A stretch of 64,000 bases of DNA from Oscillospiraceae bacterium (GTDB lineage Bacteria; Bacillota; Clostridia; Oscillospirales; WRJC01), in assembly GCA_009783265.1 (NCBI GenBank), contig WRHM01000009.1, positions 29,339 to 93,338 of the forward strand, given 5' to 3'. The notes below the pieces were generated by a model. It was not told where the DNA came from and made no database searches. It worked only from the letters and a program-made list of their open reading frames with translations. A program made the position numbers and the translations under genes. Positions 26,890 to 35,964 of the stretch are shown here, piece by piece; within the stretch, counting starts at the first letter, position 1; each line of letters opens with the position of its first letter.

Positions 26890-27681
26890 ATGAAAATGCA
26901 AAATTTAAAAAAGATTCTGGCGGTCGCTTTGCTCTGCGTGATGTTTTTGGCAATTTTGTCGGCCTGCGGTGAGAAAGAAACGCTGATAATCGGCATTACG
27001 GATTATCCTCCGATGAACTATCAGGACGACAACGGCAAATGGATAGGCTTTGAATCGGAATTTGCTGAAGAAGTCGGCAAAATATTGGGCATGAATGTGG
27101 AATTTCAGGTCGTAACAGACTGGGGCAATATTGTAATGGAACTTAATTCGGGCAATGTGGACCTGATTTGGAACGGCATGACGATAAACGCGGAACGTTC
27201 GGAAAACATGGCTATTTCAACGCCGTATATGTACGACGCTCAGGCTATCGTAGTCCGCGCCGCAGACAAGGATAAATATCTTGCGTCAGCCGATTTAACA
27301 GGTGTGGCCCTTGTCGCGGAGACAGGCTCTACTTTAGAAGAGACTATAAAAACAATCGCGCTATTCAATAACGCGGACTACACAGCGGTTGATTCGCAAC
27401 TTAAAGGTATTATGGAAGTTAACGCGGGCAACGCCGATATGACGGTCGTGGATATGATTATGGCGGCGGAACTTATAAATGTCGGAGGGGATTTTTCAGG
27501 TCTTGTTTTCTTCGACAGAGAAGAATTACCCAAAGACGCAAAATACGGTATAGGCGTTAAAAAAGACAGAGACGACGGTTTGCTGAAAGATTTGAACGAC
27601 GCTATCAAAAAATTGCAGGATAACGGCAAGCTTGAAGAAATCGCAAAAAAATACGGACTGGCCGACTGGCTCATCAAATAA
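26890..27681 (+). CDS. Amino-acid ABC transporter substrate-binding lipoprotein
   Basis: Lipobox LSAC. Type-3 SBP pattern (GITDYPPMNY..., DLIWNGMTI). Confidence 0.85.
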   Translation: MKMQNLKKILAVALLCVMFLAILSACGEKETLIIGITDYPPMNYQDDNGKWIGFESEFAEEVGKILGMNVEFQVVTDWGNIVMELNSGNVDLIWNGMTINAERSENMAISTPYMYDAQAIVVRAADKDKYLASADLTGVALVAETGSTLEETIKTIALFNNADYTAVDSQLKGIMEVNAGNADMTVVDMIMAAELINVGGDFSGLVFFDREELPKDAKYGIGVKKDRDDGLLKDLNDAIKKLQDNGKLEEIAKKYGLADWLIK

Positions 27682-27754
27682 AAATTAAGTCGCTATTTAT
27701 TTTAGGGGCGGGGTTTTCCCGCCCTAAGTTTATAATTTACGAGGTATTTTACCA

Positions 27755-28414
27755 ATGTCGTCAAATACAACATTATGGGATGTAACGCTGAATTTACTTG
27801 ACGGGTTTAAACTGAACGCTGTGATATTTTTTGTCACGTTGACTATTTCTCTGCCTCTTGGCATGATTGTCACATTCGGGCTGACGTCAAAAATCTACCC
27901 GGTGAAATGGCTGTGCAAATTTTTAGTATGGATAATACGCGGAACTCCCCTTTTGCTTCAGCTTTATATAGTATTTTATATTCCGGGAATGCTTTTCGGT
28001 ATGCCAATGCGCAACAGAATGCTGGCGACCCTGATTGCGTTCGTTATAAATTATTCAATGTATTTCGCGGAAATCTATCGGGGCGCGCTTGAAAACATCC
28101 CTAAAGGACAGTTTGAAGCCGGAAAAGTTCTCGGATTGTCAAAAACGCAGATTTTTTTTCACGTTATTTTATTTCAGGTGATAAAACGCATAACAGCGCC
28201 TATCGGCAACGAGGTCATAACGCTTGTAAAAGACACGTCTCTGGCAAGGGTCATAGCGGTACAGGAAATACTGATGGTAGCCGGAAGATATATCGGGTAC
28301 GCTCTTATATGGCCTCTGTTTTATACGGGAGTATTTTTTCTGTCGGCGACGGCTGTCGTCACTTTTGTTTTCGGACGCTTGGAAAGGGGGCTGAATCATG
28401 CTACGGGTGAGTAA
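27755..28414 (+). CDS. Amino-acid ABC transporter permease (His/Glu/Gln/Arg/opine family)
   Basis: EAA-loop region (EAGKVLGLSKTQIFFHVILFQVIKR) and RGTPLLLQL. Confidence 0.85.
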   Translation: MSSNTTLWDVTLNLLDGFKLNAVIFFVTLTISLPLGMIVTFGLTSKIYPVKWLCKFLVWIIRGTPLLLQLYIVFYIPGMLFGMPMRNRMLATLIAFVINYSMYFAEIYRGALENIPKGQFEAGKVLGLSKTQIFFHVILFQVIKRITAPIGNEVITLVKDTSLARVIAVQEILMVAGRYIGYALIWPLFYTGVFFLSATAVVTFVFGRLERGLNHATGE

Positions 28415-29015
28415 TTTATGCAAGTCTTACGGGCCGGTCAAAGCTGTTGACAACGTGTGCTTTGAATTGGAAAAAGGCAAAATACTGGCGATAATCGGAC
28501 CGTCCGGCGGCGGTAAATCCACTGTTCTGAGATTGCTTAACGGGCTTGAAACTCCCGACAGCGGCAGTATATATTTTATAAATTCTCAGGGATACATAGA
28601 AAACGGCACGTTCGGTCTTGTGTTTCAGGAATATAATTTATTTCCGCAATATACTGTTCTGGGAAATTTGACTCTTGCGCCAAAACTTCTTAAAAAAAAT
28701 TATTCTCAGGCCATAGAAATACTCGAAAAAGTGGGATTGACTGATAAAAAAAATAATTATCCGTCGCAGTTAAGCGGCGGACAGAAACAGCGCACGGCTA
28801 TAGCCCGCGCGCTTATGCTCAAACCTGATATATTGTGTTTTGACGAGCCGACTTCGGCTTTGGACCCAAAACTGACAGAAGAAATCGTGAATATAATAAA
28901 CCAGTTAAAAGGCGAGCAGACAATTATAATAGTAACCCACGACATGGACGTTATGCGCGGAACTGCGGATATAACCGCAATTATGGACAACGGGAAACTT
29001 AGACTGGATATATAG
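28398..29015 (+). CDS. Amino-acid ABC transporter ATP-binding protein (short form)
   Basis: Walker A GPSGGGKST, signature LSGGQKQR and Walker B ILCFDEPTSALD. Overlaps the permease gene by 17 nt. Confidence 0.85.
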   Translation: MLRVSNLCKSYGPVKAVDNVCFELEKGKILAIIGPSGGGKSTVLRLLNGLETPDSGSIYFINSQGYIENGTFGLVFQEYNLFPQYTVLGNLTLAPKLLKKNYSQAIEILEKVGLTDKKNNYPSQLSGGQKQRTAIARALMLKPDILCFDEPTSALDPKLTEEIVNIINQLKGEQTIIIVTHDMDVMRGTADITAIMDNGKLRLDI

Positions 29016-29032
29016 ATATATAGTAAATCAAA

Positions 29033-29101
29033 AAAACCACCCCGTCAGGCTAAAGCCTGCCACCCCTCCACGGAGGGGTGCCCGAAGGGCGGGGTGGTTT
29101 T
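29033..29101 (+). terminator. GC-rich branched stem structure acting as terminator of the ABC operon
   Basis: Outer stem aaaaccaccccg/cggggtggtttt encloses three hairpins (caggc-taaa-gcctg; cacccctc-cacg-gaggggtg; ccc-gaa-ggg). Confidence 0.6.
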
Positions 29102-29130
29102 CAAGTAGAATTACTATATATAAATTATTT

Positions 29131-29151
29131 GTAGGGGACGCCGTCCCCTAC
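29131..29151. repeat. GC-rich palindrome gtaggggacg/ccgtcccctac (TAGGGG family-like), overlapping the DUF2493 stop codon
   Basis: Near-perfect 10-bp-arm palindrome with no T-run on either side. Confidence 0.6.
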
Positions 29152-29492
29152 AAAAATATTTCCACAGGTTTATTTAACTGATAGCATTTTATAACCGTAT
29201 CGGCCGTCCCCTTTGATTTACCGTCCCAGAAAGCCAGAACCATGTGGGCATACCTGACGATTTCAGAGTTTCTGATAAACGCGGCGGATTTGCCGTATCT
29301 TTTATATTCGGGCAAAAATTCTTTAAATAATAATCCGTGTTCTTTTGCGTAACGGTGCGCGAGAGTATCTATCCCCTCTGCGCCGCCGCTGACTATTTCG
29401 GTGCAGTTTTTGGGGATACTCCCGCATATTTTATCATACCAGTACTCTTCTTTGTTTTGTATATCTCTTGACCCGACTATCGCAACTCTCAT
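29148..29492 (-). CDS. DUF2493/SLOG-family protein
   Basis: MRVAIVGSRD...IVSGGAEGIDTLA...AFWDGKSKGT pattern of the DprA-like SLOG/DUF2493 family. No recognisable SD upstream. Confidence 0.65.
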   Translation of the reverse strand: MRVAIVGSRDIQNKEEYWYDKICGSIPKNCTEIVSGGAEGIDTLAHRYAKEHGLLFKEFLPEYKRYGKSAAFIRNSEIVRYAHMVLAFWDGKSKGTADTVIKCYQLNKPVEIFL

Positions 29493-29529
29493 AATTTTTT
29501 ATTTGTTTTTGTTATTTATTGTATCAAAT

Positions 29530-29544
29530 GAAGAAAATGCTTAT
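29530..29544 (-). repeat. Cassette 3' motif ATAAGCATTTTCTTC (copy 3, minus strand)
   Basis: Exact 15-mer on the minus strand, overlapping the last base of the GNAT-2 stop codon. Confidence 0.85.
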
Positions 29545-30044
29545 TAGTGGGTGTTGTCAAAAATAAAACCAACCCATTCATCATTTTCTGTTCCGCACTC
29601 TTGAAAATCATCTTCTGTATATTCAGAAATTATAGACTTCCAAAATTTTCTGGCAGGAAAATTATTTGGTAATTGACACACTTCCCATTTCCCCCTGAAC
29701 ATATCAAAAGTAGCTTTTGCCGCAAAACTGCCTACTCCTTTTCGACGGTACTTTTTCATAATGAAAAATTCATTGATGGTGTGAGCATTTACATAGTGAC
29801 CGCTATTTTCTTTTACCAATACAAATCCGGCCAATTTTCCATCTACACGGATAAAGAAAGGGTGTCGGTTACTATCAGTCCATAAATAGTCTGTGTATGA
29901 ATAATTGAAATAACCATATTCATTAATATCTTCATTTTCAAATTCTGTAAAGTCATAATTGTATAAATTCATCAACTGAATAAAAACAGATTTTTGTTCA
30001 ATCAAGATAGGTTCAATTTTTATTTCCACATTAATACCTCGCAT
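29544..30044 (-). CDS. GNAT-family acetyltransferase (COG5628-like; cassette gene G2)
   Basis: FFIMKKYRRKGVGSFAAKATF acetyl-CoA motif. Alternative start GTG at 30029 is preceded by GAGGT. Confidence 0.75.
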   Translation of the reverse strand: MRGINVEIKIEPILIEQKSVFIQLMNLYNYDFTEFENEDINEYGYFNYSYTDYLWTDSNRHPFFIRVDGKLAGFVLVKENSGHYVNAHTINEFFIMKKYRRKGVGSFAAKATFDMFRGKWEVCQLPNNFPARKFWKSIISEYTEDDFQECGTENDEWVGFIFDNTH

Positions 30045-30045
30045 T

Positions 30046-30059
30046 ATATAAATTTCCTA
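30046..30059 (-). repeat. Cassette 5' motif TAGGAAATTTATAT (copy upstream of GNAT-2, minus strand)
   Basis: Exact 14-mer on the minus strand, immediately 5' of the ATG at 30044. Confidence 0.85.
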
Positions 30060-30082
30060 CAATATATAAACTATTTGAATCC

Positions 30083-31384
30083 CTACATCACAACAACAGC
30101 GCCGTCATTTCGCACGAACAACTCCAAACACGAATCTTCGCCGAATATCGGCCTGATTTTCTCGAAATATTCCCCGACAAATCTTTTCGGGATAAATGCC
30201 TGTATAGTCCCCGCAAATCCCCCTCCGTGAACTCTTGCAGCCGCCTGTTTATTTACTAAAATTTCTTCGGATAACGCAAGCGCAAGCGGCAATCCCTGAC
30301 TTTGAGGTTCTTTTGGGACATACAAATTTTGCAGATACTTAAACGAAGAATTGCCCGATGAAGTTATTAATTGTAAAAAACCCTCAAAATTGCCGTCTTT
30401 AAGAGCGTCTGCGCCTGCGCGTACTCTTATGTTTTCGGCAAAATAGTGCATCGATCTTAATATCGCCCTGTCGCCGTATAATTGCCTGAGTTTATCTATA
30501 TTATTGTTAAACTCAGCTTTGTCAACGTCTCTCAGAACTTCTTTTCCGAAATAAGCGGCGACCTGTTCCATTTCCTTTCTTATATCGGCATACTCCTGAT
30601 TTAAATTATCATGAGAACCTCCGGGTGATACAATGCATAAACTATATCCTGATTTAGTCAAATCAAAATCGAGTTTTTCGACCGCAGGCTCAGCGGGATT
30701 TTTAAAATCTATCGCGACAAACCCTCCGACCGAACACGCAGTCTGGTCCATAAGACCGCACGGTTTTCCGAAATAATTATTTTCGGCGTACTGCCCGATT
30801 TGCGCGATTTCGAGAGGCGTAATTTTATCTTCGTTATATAAATAATTTAAAATAAACCCGACTAATATTTCAAATGCCGCAGACGAAGAAAGCCCTGAGC
30901 CTTTTAAAACATCAGACACAGTATAAGCGTCAAATCCGCCTATTTCATGCCCAAGTTCCACAAATCTATTACAAGTCCCGCGTATTATAGCAGAAGAAGT
31001 AAATTTTTCTCTCTCGGCAGACGCAAGATTTTCAGTATTGCTTATATCCACGTCGTCGGGGTCAAATCCCTCGCTTTGGATTCTTATATGCGATTTTCTT
31101 CCGCCGGGTATAAGACTTTTTGAGACAACGGCAATAACATCTAAATTTATAGCCGCAGCTAAAACGCAGCCGTGATTGTGATCCGTATGATTTCCTAAAA
31201 TTTCGCTCCTTCCGGGGACAGATATAATTTCTATATCCCTGTTTCCGTAGAGGCTTTCAAAATTTTCAACTGCTTTAAGATAGCGTGCTTTTGCAGATTC
31301 AATTTTATTATCCCCGTATAATTTTCTCAATTTTTCGTTATATACGCCGTTTTTTAAATTCTCGGCCAATATCGCCAATTCCAT
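30083..31384 (-). CDS. galK: Galactokinase (GHMP kinase)
   Basis: Galactokinase signature GRSEILGNHTDHNHG and GHMP ATP motif GSGLSSSAAF. Confidence 0.9.
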   Translation of the reverse strand: MELAILAENLKNGVYNEKLRKLYGDNKIESAKARYLKAVENFESLYGNRDIEIISVPGRSEILGNHTDHNHGCVLAAAINLDVIAVVSKSLIPGGRKSHIRIQSEGFDPDDVDISNTENLASAEREKFTSSAIIRGTCNRFVELGHEIGGFDAYTVSDVLKGSGLSSSAAFEILVGFILNYLYNEDKITPLEIAQIGQYAENNYFGKPCGLMDQTACSVGGFVAIDFKNPAEPAVEKLDFDLTKSGYSLCIVSPGGSHDNLNQEYADIRKEMEQVAAYFGKEVLRDVDKAEFNNNIDKLRQLYGDRAILRSMHYFAENIRVRAGADALKDGNFEGFLQLITSSGNSSFKYLQNLYVPKEPQSQGLPLALALSEEILVNKQAAARVHGGGFAGTIQAFIPKRFVGEYFEKIRPIFGEDSCLELFVRNDGAVVVM

Positions 31385-31628
31385 AATTTTTAATTGCCTT
31401 TCTTTAATATAAAAATATAAATATCATGGTTTTTTCTGATTTTTTTATTATATCACAATCAATAAAATTTTTCAATAATATAAACTCACAAAAATTTTTT
31501 GGATTTTCTTTAAAAAATTTATATAATTTACTAAAAACCCCTTGCAGAAAATTATTTTGTGTGATATAATAATATACAACGTATAATAATAAAACAAAAT
31601 TAAAATTCTCAAGGAGTTGAATTATAAA

Positions 31629-31976
31629 ATGGGCAGTGAAAAAAACACGGAAAACAAACCGGTTTTTAAATCATTTAACTGGTATGCGTTTCCATATCCG
31701 ATTTTAGTAGTTTTTGTATATCTTGCGGTGGGATTCTGGCTTAATACATGGCACCCGACATGGCTTATGTTTATGACAGTTCCCATATATTACGAAATGA
31801 TAGCCATGAGCCGCGCCAAAAGTTTAAGAGCCAAGGCAAATATTTTCCCTTACCCGATTATATGCGTAATAGTCTATCTTGCTTTAGGATTTGATTACAA
31901 CTGGTGGCATCCGGCGTGGATGTTATTTCTGACAATACCTATTTATTATATGTTTGTCAACAGCATTAAATCTTAA
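31629..31976 (+). CDS. Small membrane protein with internally duplicated 2-TM module
   Basis: Two copies of FPYPI..V.VYLA.GF..N.WHP.W..F.T.PIYY. The ATG at 31629 follows AAGGAG. Confidence 0.6.
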   Translation: MGSEKNTENKPVFKSFNWYAFPYPILVVFVYLAVGFWLNTWHPTWLMFMTVPIYYEMIAMSRAKSLRAKANIFPYPIICVIVYLALGFDYNWWHPAWMLFLTIPIYYMFVNSIKS

Positions 31977-32083
31977 AAAGCTTAAATCGCTGATTCTTCC
32001 TCTTTAAAATTTTTATTTTTAATACAAATAGCGGGATTCGTGCAAAATCCCGCTATTTTGTTTTATATTATATATATTAAATT

Positions 32084-32755
32084 TTAAATTGACTTTTTTA
32101 TTCCGAATAATTCTAAGATTTTATCTTTTAAAATTTCCATAGAGTCGATATATTTTATATTTCTAAATTTCACTGTAGATAATTCAGTACAGCCGAGAAT
32201 ATTTAATTTATCATAATGCCGGGCGATTTCTTCAAGTTTGCTTAAATCAGGATTTACGCCGGCTTTTATTTTATAGATTACGCGCATCATTTCTTTTGTT
32301 TCTTCATCAGTCGGCGAAATTATCTTAATATTTTTTTTGCCGAGATATTTTTGATATACTCCGGTTTTGACAGTTCCTTCAGTAGCCATAAGATAAGTTT
32401 GGGTAACGCCCAAATTTTTTAAGATTTCGGCAGTCAGATCAATCATGTTTAATATTTTTATTTTACAATTATTCTGCAATTCGTCAAAATAATAATGCGA
32501 GGTGTTGCACGGTATCGCGATTAAATCGCAGCCGCAATTTTCAAGCGTTTTAAGCGCGTTCAAAAGATAAGGCAACGCGGATTCCCCTTTGTGCAGTATT
32601 GCCTCAGTTCTGTCGGGGATATAAGACGCGTTTAAAATAACCATATCTATGTGATCCTGATCTCTTTTCACACGGGAGCTTTTTATTATTTCAGAATAAA
32701 GCCGGGATGTGGCAAGAGGCCCCATTCCCCCGAGTATGCCTAATTTTTTATACAT
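32084..32755 (-). CDS. Aspartate/glutamate racemase family protein (aspartate racemase-like)
   Basis: GILGGMGPLAT, the two catalytic-Cys motifs (PCNTSH, GCTELS). Confidence 0.85.
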   Translation of the reverse strand: MYKKLGILGGMGPLATSRLYSEIIKSSRVKRDQDHIDMVILNASYIPDRTEAILHKGESALPYLLNALKTLENCGCDLIAIPCNTSHYYFDELQNNCKIKILNMIDLTAEILKNLGVTQTYLMATEGTVKTGVYQKYLGKKNIKIISPTDEETKEMMRVIYKIKAGVNPDLSKLEEIARHYDKLNILGCTELSTVKFRNIKYIDSMEILKDKILELFGIKKSI

Positions 32756-32772
32756 TTATATGCCTCCTGATA

Positions 32773-33774
32773 TTAAAACAGACATTCCAGTAATTCATCG
32801 CGCGTTACGCCGCCCAAATAAAACTTTATATCAATTTTAGATAAAATATCTGACAATAAATTAAAATCATAAATTTGATTTATTAATTTTTCTTCAAGTC
32901 CTTCAACGGGAAAAACCCCCAGAAAATCCCCGAATATTTTACACGAATTTATAATACCATACTCGACGTTTAAAAATATCTCGATTTTTCCGGCGTGAAA
33001 CCGTTTGGCATTATGAAAAGAAAAACGCGGCGTTGCGCCGTTTATCCATTCGGGATTGGCGTATTTTTCTGTTTTGATAATATTAATTTTTTCTATGTCC
33101 TGCTTTGTAAAATTATAATTTTCTGTGTTTATTTCGTCAAATAAATTAGATTTAAGCCAGTCAAAAAATTCAGCCGCAGATATTTTAGGATTAAAATAAT
33201 CACATAAATTAACTACCCTCGCCCTGACTGACTTCAGTGCTTTAGAACTGATTTTTTCAGGGTCTGTTTTCAGAACCTGCGTTAATAGATCCAGATTAGT
33301 ATTATACAATAAAGACCCGTGGGTGCATAATCTGTCTTTTATCGCGTACTGAGCCAAACCCGAAATTTTTCTGCCGTTTACAGTAATATCGTTTCTGCCT
33401 TCGGCTATCGCCGGGATTCCCATTCTTCGCAGGGCCTTAGCCATAGGTTCAATTAATTGCGCGTACTCGATTTTTTTAGAATCATTAGAATTATCAGATT
33501 TATTAAACGAAGAAATAAAACTCTGCATAATATTTCCGGGATCAGAAAAAACCGCCCCGCCACCGCTTGATCTTCTGACTATTTTAATTCCAAGCGAGTG
33601 AGCAGCCTGCAAATCGATTTCGGCGGCGGCGATTTGATTTCGTCCGATAACGACGCATTTTTCCGTGCGCCAAAGCATAAAAACCGGATTTTCCAGCGGG
33701 AAATTCCGCATAACATATTCTTCAGCGGCAAGATTAAACATGACATCGGGTGAATTAAGTTCTATATAAATCAT
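32773..33774 (-). CDS. lplA: Lipoate--protein ligase
   Basis: RRSSGGGAVFSDPGN motif, K in GRKISG and a C-terminal accessory domain. Confidence 0.85.
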   Translation of the reverse strand: MIYIELNSPDVMFNLAAEEYVMRNFPLENPVFMLWRTEKCVVIGRNQIAAAEIDLQAAHSLGIKIVRRSSGGGAVFSDPGNIMQSFISSFNKSDNSNDSKKIEYAQLIEPMAKALRRMGIPAIAEGRNDITVNGRKISGLAQYAIKDRLCTHGSLLYNTNLDLLTQVLKTDPEKISSKALKSVRARVVNLCDYFNPKISAAEFFDWLKSNLFDEINTENYNFTKQDIEKINIIKTEKYANPEWINGATPRFSFHNAKRFHAGKIEIFLNVEYGIINSCKIFGDFLGVFPVEGLEEKLINQIYDFNLLSDILSKIDIKFYLGGVTRDELLECLF

Positions 33775-33908
33775 GGATTACAACCTTTAAACAAATTTGA
33801 TTTTATTATATCACATATTTTGTGTTTTTCAATAAAAATTTATATAATTTTTTGAGGAATTAGATAAAACTACGGATTTACTTTTTTGTAACCGGACAAA
33901 AAAGTAAC

Positions 33909-33951
33909 AAAAAAACCGGCTTAGAGATGGGAACGCTTTCCCCTCTCTAAG
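33909..33951 (-). terminator. Intrinsic terminator after the ABC exporter pair
   Basis: cttagaga...tctctaag stem with an inner gggaa/ttccc pairing, followed (minus strand) by a T-run. Confidence 0.65.
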
Positions 33952-34080
33952 AACTCACCTCTTCTTATATAGAGATTGTTCTGTGTTTTAAATTTTATTG
34001 AGAGTTTTTACATACGAAATTATTCCGGCGTGATGAATTTGCAAACTGATTTACGTTATATTTATGGGTATGCGGCCGCC

Positions 34081-35964
34081 TCACAAATTTTCGTTTGTCT
34101 CAAACTGGTTAAACTGGCTGTAATACATTTGCGCATACAGACCATTTTTCGCAATTAATTCGTCATGAGAACCACTTTCTTCTATTCCGCCGTCTTTGAC
34201 GACCATTATAATATCTGCGTCGCGTATAGTTGAAAGGCGATGTGCTATGACAAAAGAAGTACACCCAGAGGTAAGCCGTAATAACGCTTCCTGTATATTT
34301 AATTCAGTCCGCGTATCGACGCTCGAAGTAGCTTCGTCCAGAATCAATATCGGGGCGCGGCATAACGCCGCCCTTGATATAGCCAGAAGCTGCCTTTGAC
34401 CCTGAGAAAGCGAATCAGTATCGCCTTTTACAGTAGTATTATAGCCGTTTTTGAGCCGCCTGATAAACATATCGGCATTAGCGGCTTTCGCAGCTTCGGC
34501 GATTTCGCCGTCGGTCGCTTCAGGGCGGCCGTAACGTATATTATCGGCGATTGTCCCTGTAAACAGGCAGGTATCCTGTAAAACCACCGAAAAAGCACGG
34601 CGCAGGCTTTCGCGTTTATAATCTTTTATGTCAACGCCATCTATATAAACAATACCCGAAGTCGCATCGTAAAAACGCGTGAGTAGATTTACAATAGTAG
34701 TTTTCCCCGCTCCGGTAGCCCCGACCAGCGCTATTTTTTGTCCCGCTTTTACTTCAAAACTTACGTTTTTTAATACGTTTATCCCCGGAACGTAAGCAAA
34801 CGTCACGTTGTCGAATTTGACGTCGCCTTTCGGTATGCCGATGTCAACGGCATTATCGACATCGTCAGGTTCTTCGGCTTCGGCAAGTATTTCAAATACG
34901 CGTTCAGCGCCCGCTAAAGCCGACTGCAAAGTATTAAACATACCCGCGATATTATTCAACGGGAACGTGAACTGTCTTGAATATGCCACAAAGCTGCCGA
35001 TTACGCCGACAGTAATTAACGGCGGGGTCTGCGCCGCCAAAATCCCGCCTACAAAAGCAACGCATACATATCCGAGATTTGTGATCACATTCATAAACGG
35101 CATTAAAATCCCCGACCAGATATTTGCGCTTATAGAATAATTTAATAATTTTTTATTTGTCCCGTCGAATTTATCTATAATTTTTTGTTCCATGTTAAAC
35201 GCCTTGATTATTTTTTGCCCGCCTATTGCCTCTTCAATTTCGCCGTTTAATATGCCAAGTTCTTTTTGTTGCCCTTTGAACATTTTTCTCGATTTGCCTG
35301 AAATAAATTTAGTGAGCAGAAACACTAAAGGCACAGTAATAAGAGCGGCAAGCGTCATATAAACGCTTAGTATCAGCATCATGATAAAAGAACCTATAAT
35401 TGTAATCACTGCGCTTACAAGCTGTGTCGTTGACTGCGCGATTGTCACGCTTATATTATCAATATCGTTAGTCAGACGGCTCATCAGTTCACCGTGAGTA
35501 TGGGTATCGTGATAAGTCAGCGGCAGTTTTTGCAGTTTGTCAAACAGAGATTTACGCATAGTCCGCACAATTCTCTGTGAGACGACGTTCATTATAATTC
35601 CATTTACAATAGTCAACGCCGAAATTCCGATAAGCAGCGCAACATGAATAATAACAAGCGTGTAAACTAAATCGAAATTAACCCCGTTACTCAGCGCGTC
35701 TATCGCTTTTCCTATTATATACGGTATAAATACGTTTATAACAGTTTCGGCAAGTAATAAAATAATCACCACAAAAAGCGATTTCGCTTCTTTGAAATAA
35801 AATTGCAGGAGTTTTCTGAATGTTCCTTTAGCGTCCCTGGCTTTTTCGCCCGGCGCAAATCTTCCTCCCGGCCCGCCGCCCATTCCACCCGGTCTTCCTA
35901 TAGACGGCGGAATGACTTCGGTTTTTCCTCTGGGTGTTATTGGTGTTATTGGCTGATTATTCAT
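34081..35964 (-). CDS. ABC exporter, fused permease/ATPase (type I exporter, heterodimer partner B)
   Basis: Six-TM domain plus Walker A GATGAGKTT, LSQGQRQ and ILILDEATS. Start ATG at 35964 overlaps the upstream stop by 8 nt (ATGAATAA). Confidence 0.9.
   Translation of the reverse strand: MNNQPITPITPRGKTEVIPPSIGRPGGMGGGPGGRFAPGEKARDAKGTFRKLLQFYFKEAKSLFVVIILLLAETVINVFIPYIIGKAIDALSNGVNFDLVYTLVIIHVALLIGISALTIVNGIIMNVVSQRIVRTMRKSLFDKLQKLPLTYHDTHTHGELMSRLTNDIDNISVTIAQSTTQLVSAVITIIGSFIMMLILSVYMTLAALITVPLVFLLTKFISGKSRKMFKGQQKELGILNGEIEEAIGGQKIIKAFNMEQKIIDKFDGTNKKLLNYSISANIWSGILMPFMNVITNLGYVCVAFVGGILAAQTPPLITVGVIGSFVAYSRQFTFPLNNIAGMFNTLQSALAGAERVFEILAEAEEPDDVDNAVDIGIPKGDVKFDNVTFAYVPGINVLKNVSFEVKAGQKIALVGATGAGKTTIVNLLTRFYDATSGIVYIDGVDIKDYKRESLRRAFSVVLQDTCLFTGTIADNIRYGRPEATDGEIAEAAKAANADMFIRRLKNGYNTTVKGDTDSLSQGQRQLLAISRAALCRAPILILDEATSSVDTRTELNIQEALLRLTSGCTSFVIAHRLSTIRDADIIMVVKDGGIEESGSHDELIAKNGLYAQMYYSQFNQFETNENL

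Noticed and set aside
29037-29097. The cloverleaf-like fold might be a tRNA or tRNA-like gene.
   Set aside because: It is only 61 nt. The loops are 3-4 nt, so there is no 7-nt anticodon loop, no T-loop GTTCRA and no D-loop signatures. It sits exactly where the ABC operon terminator is expected.
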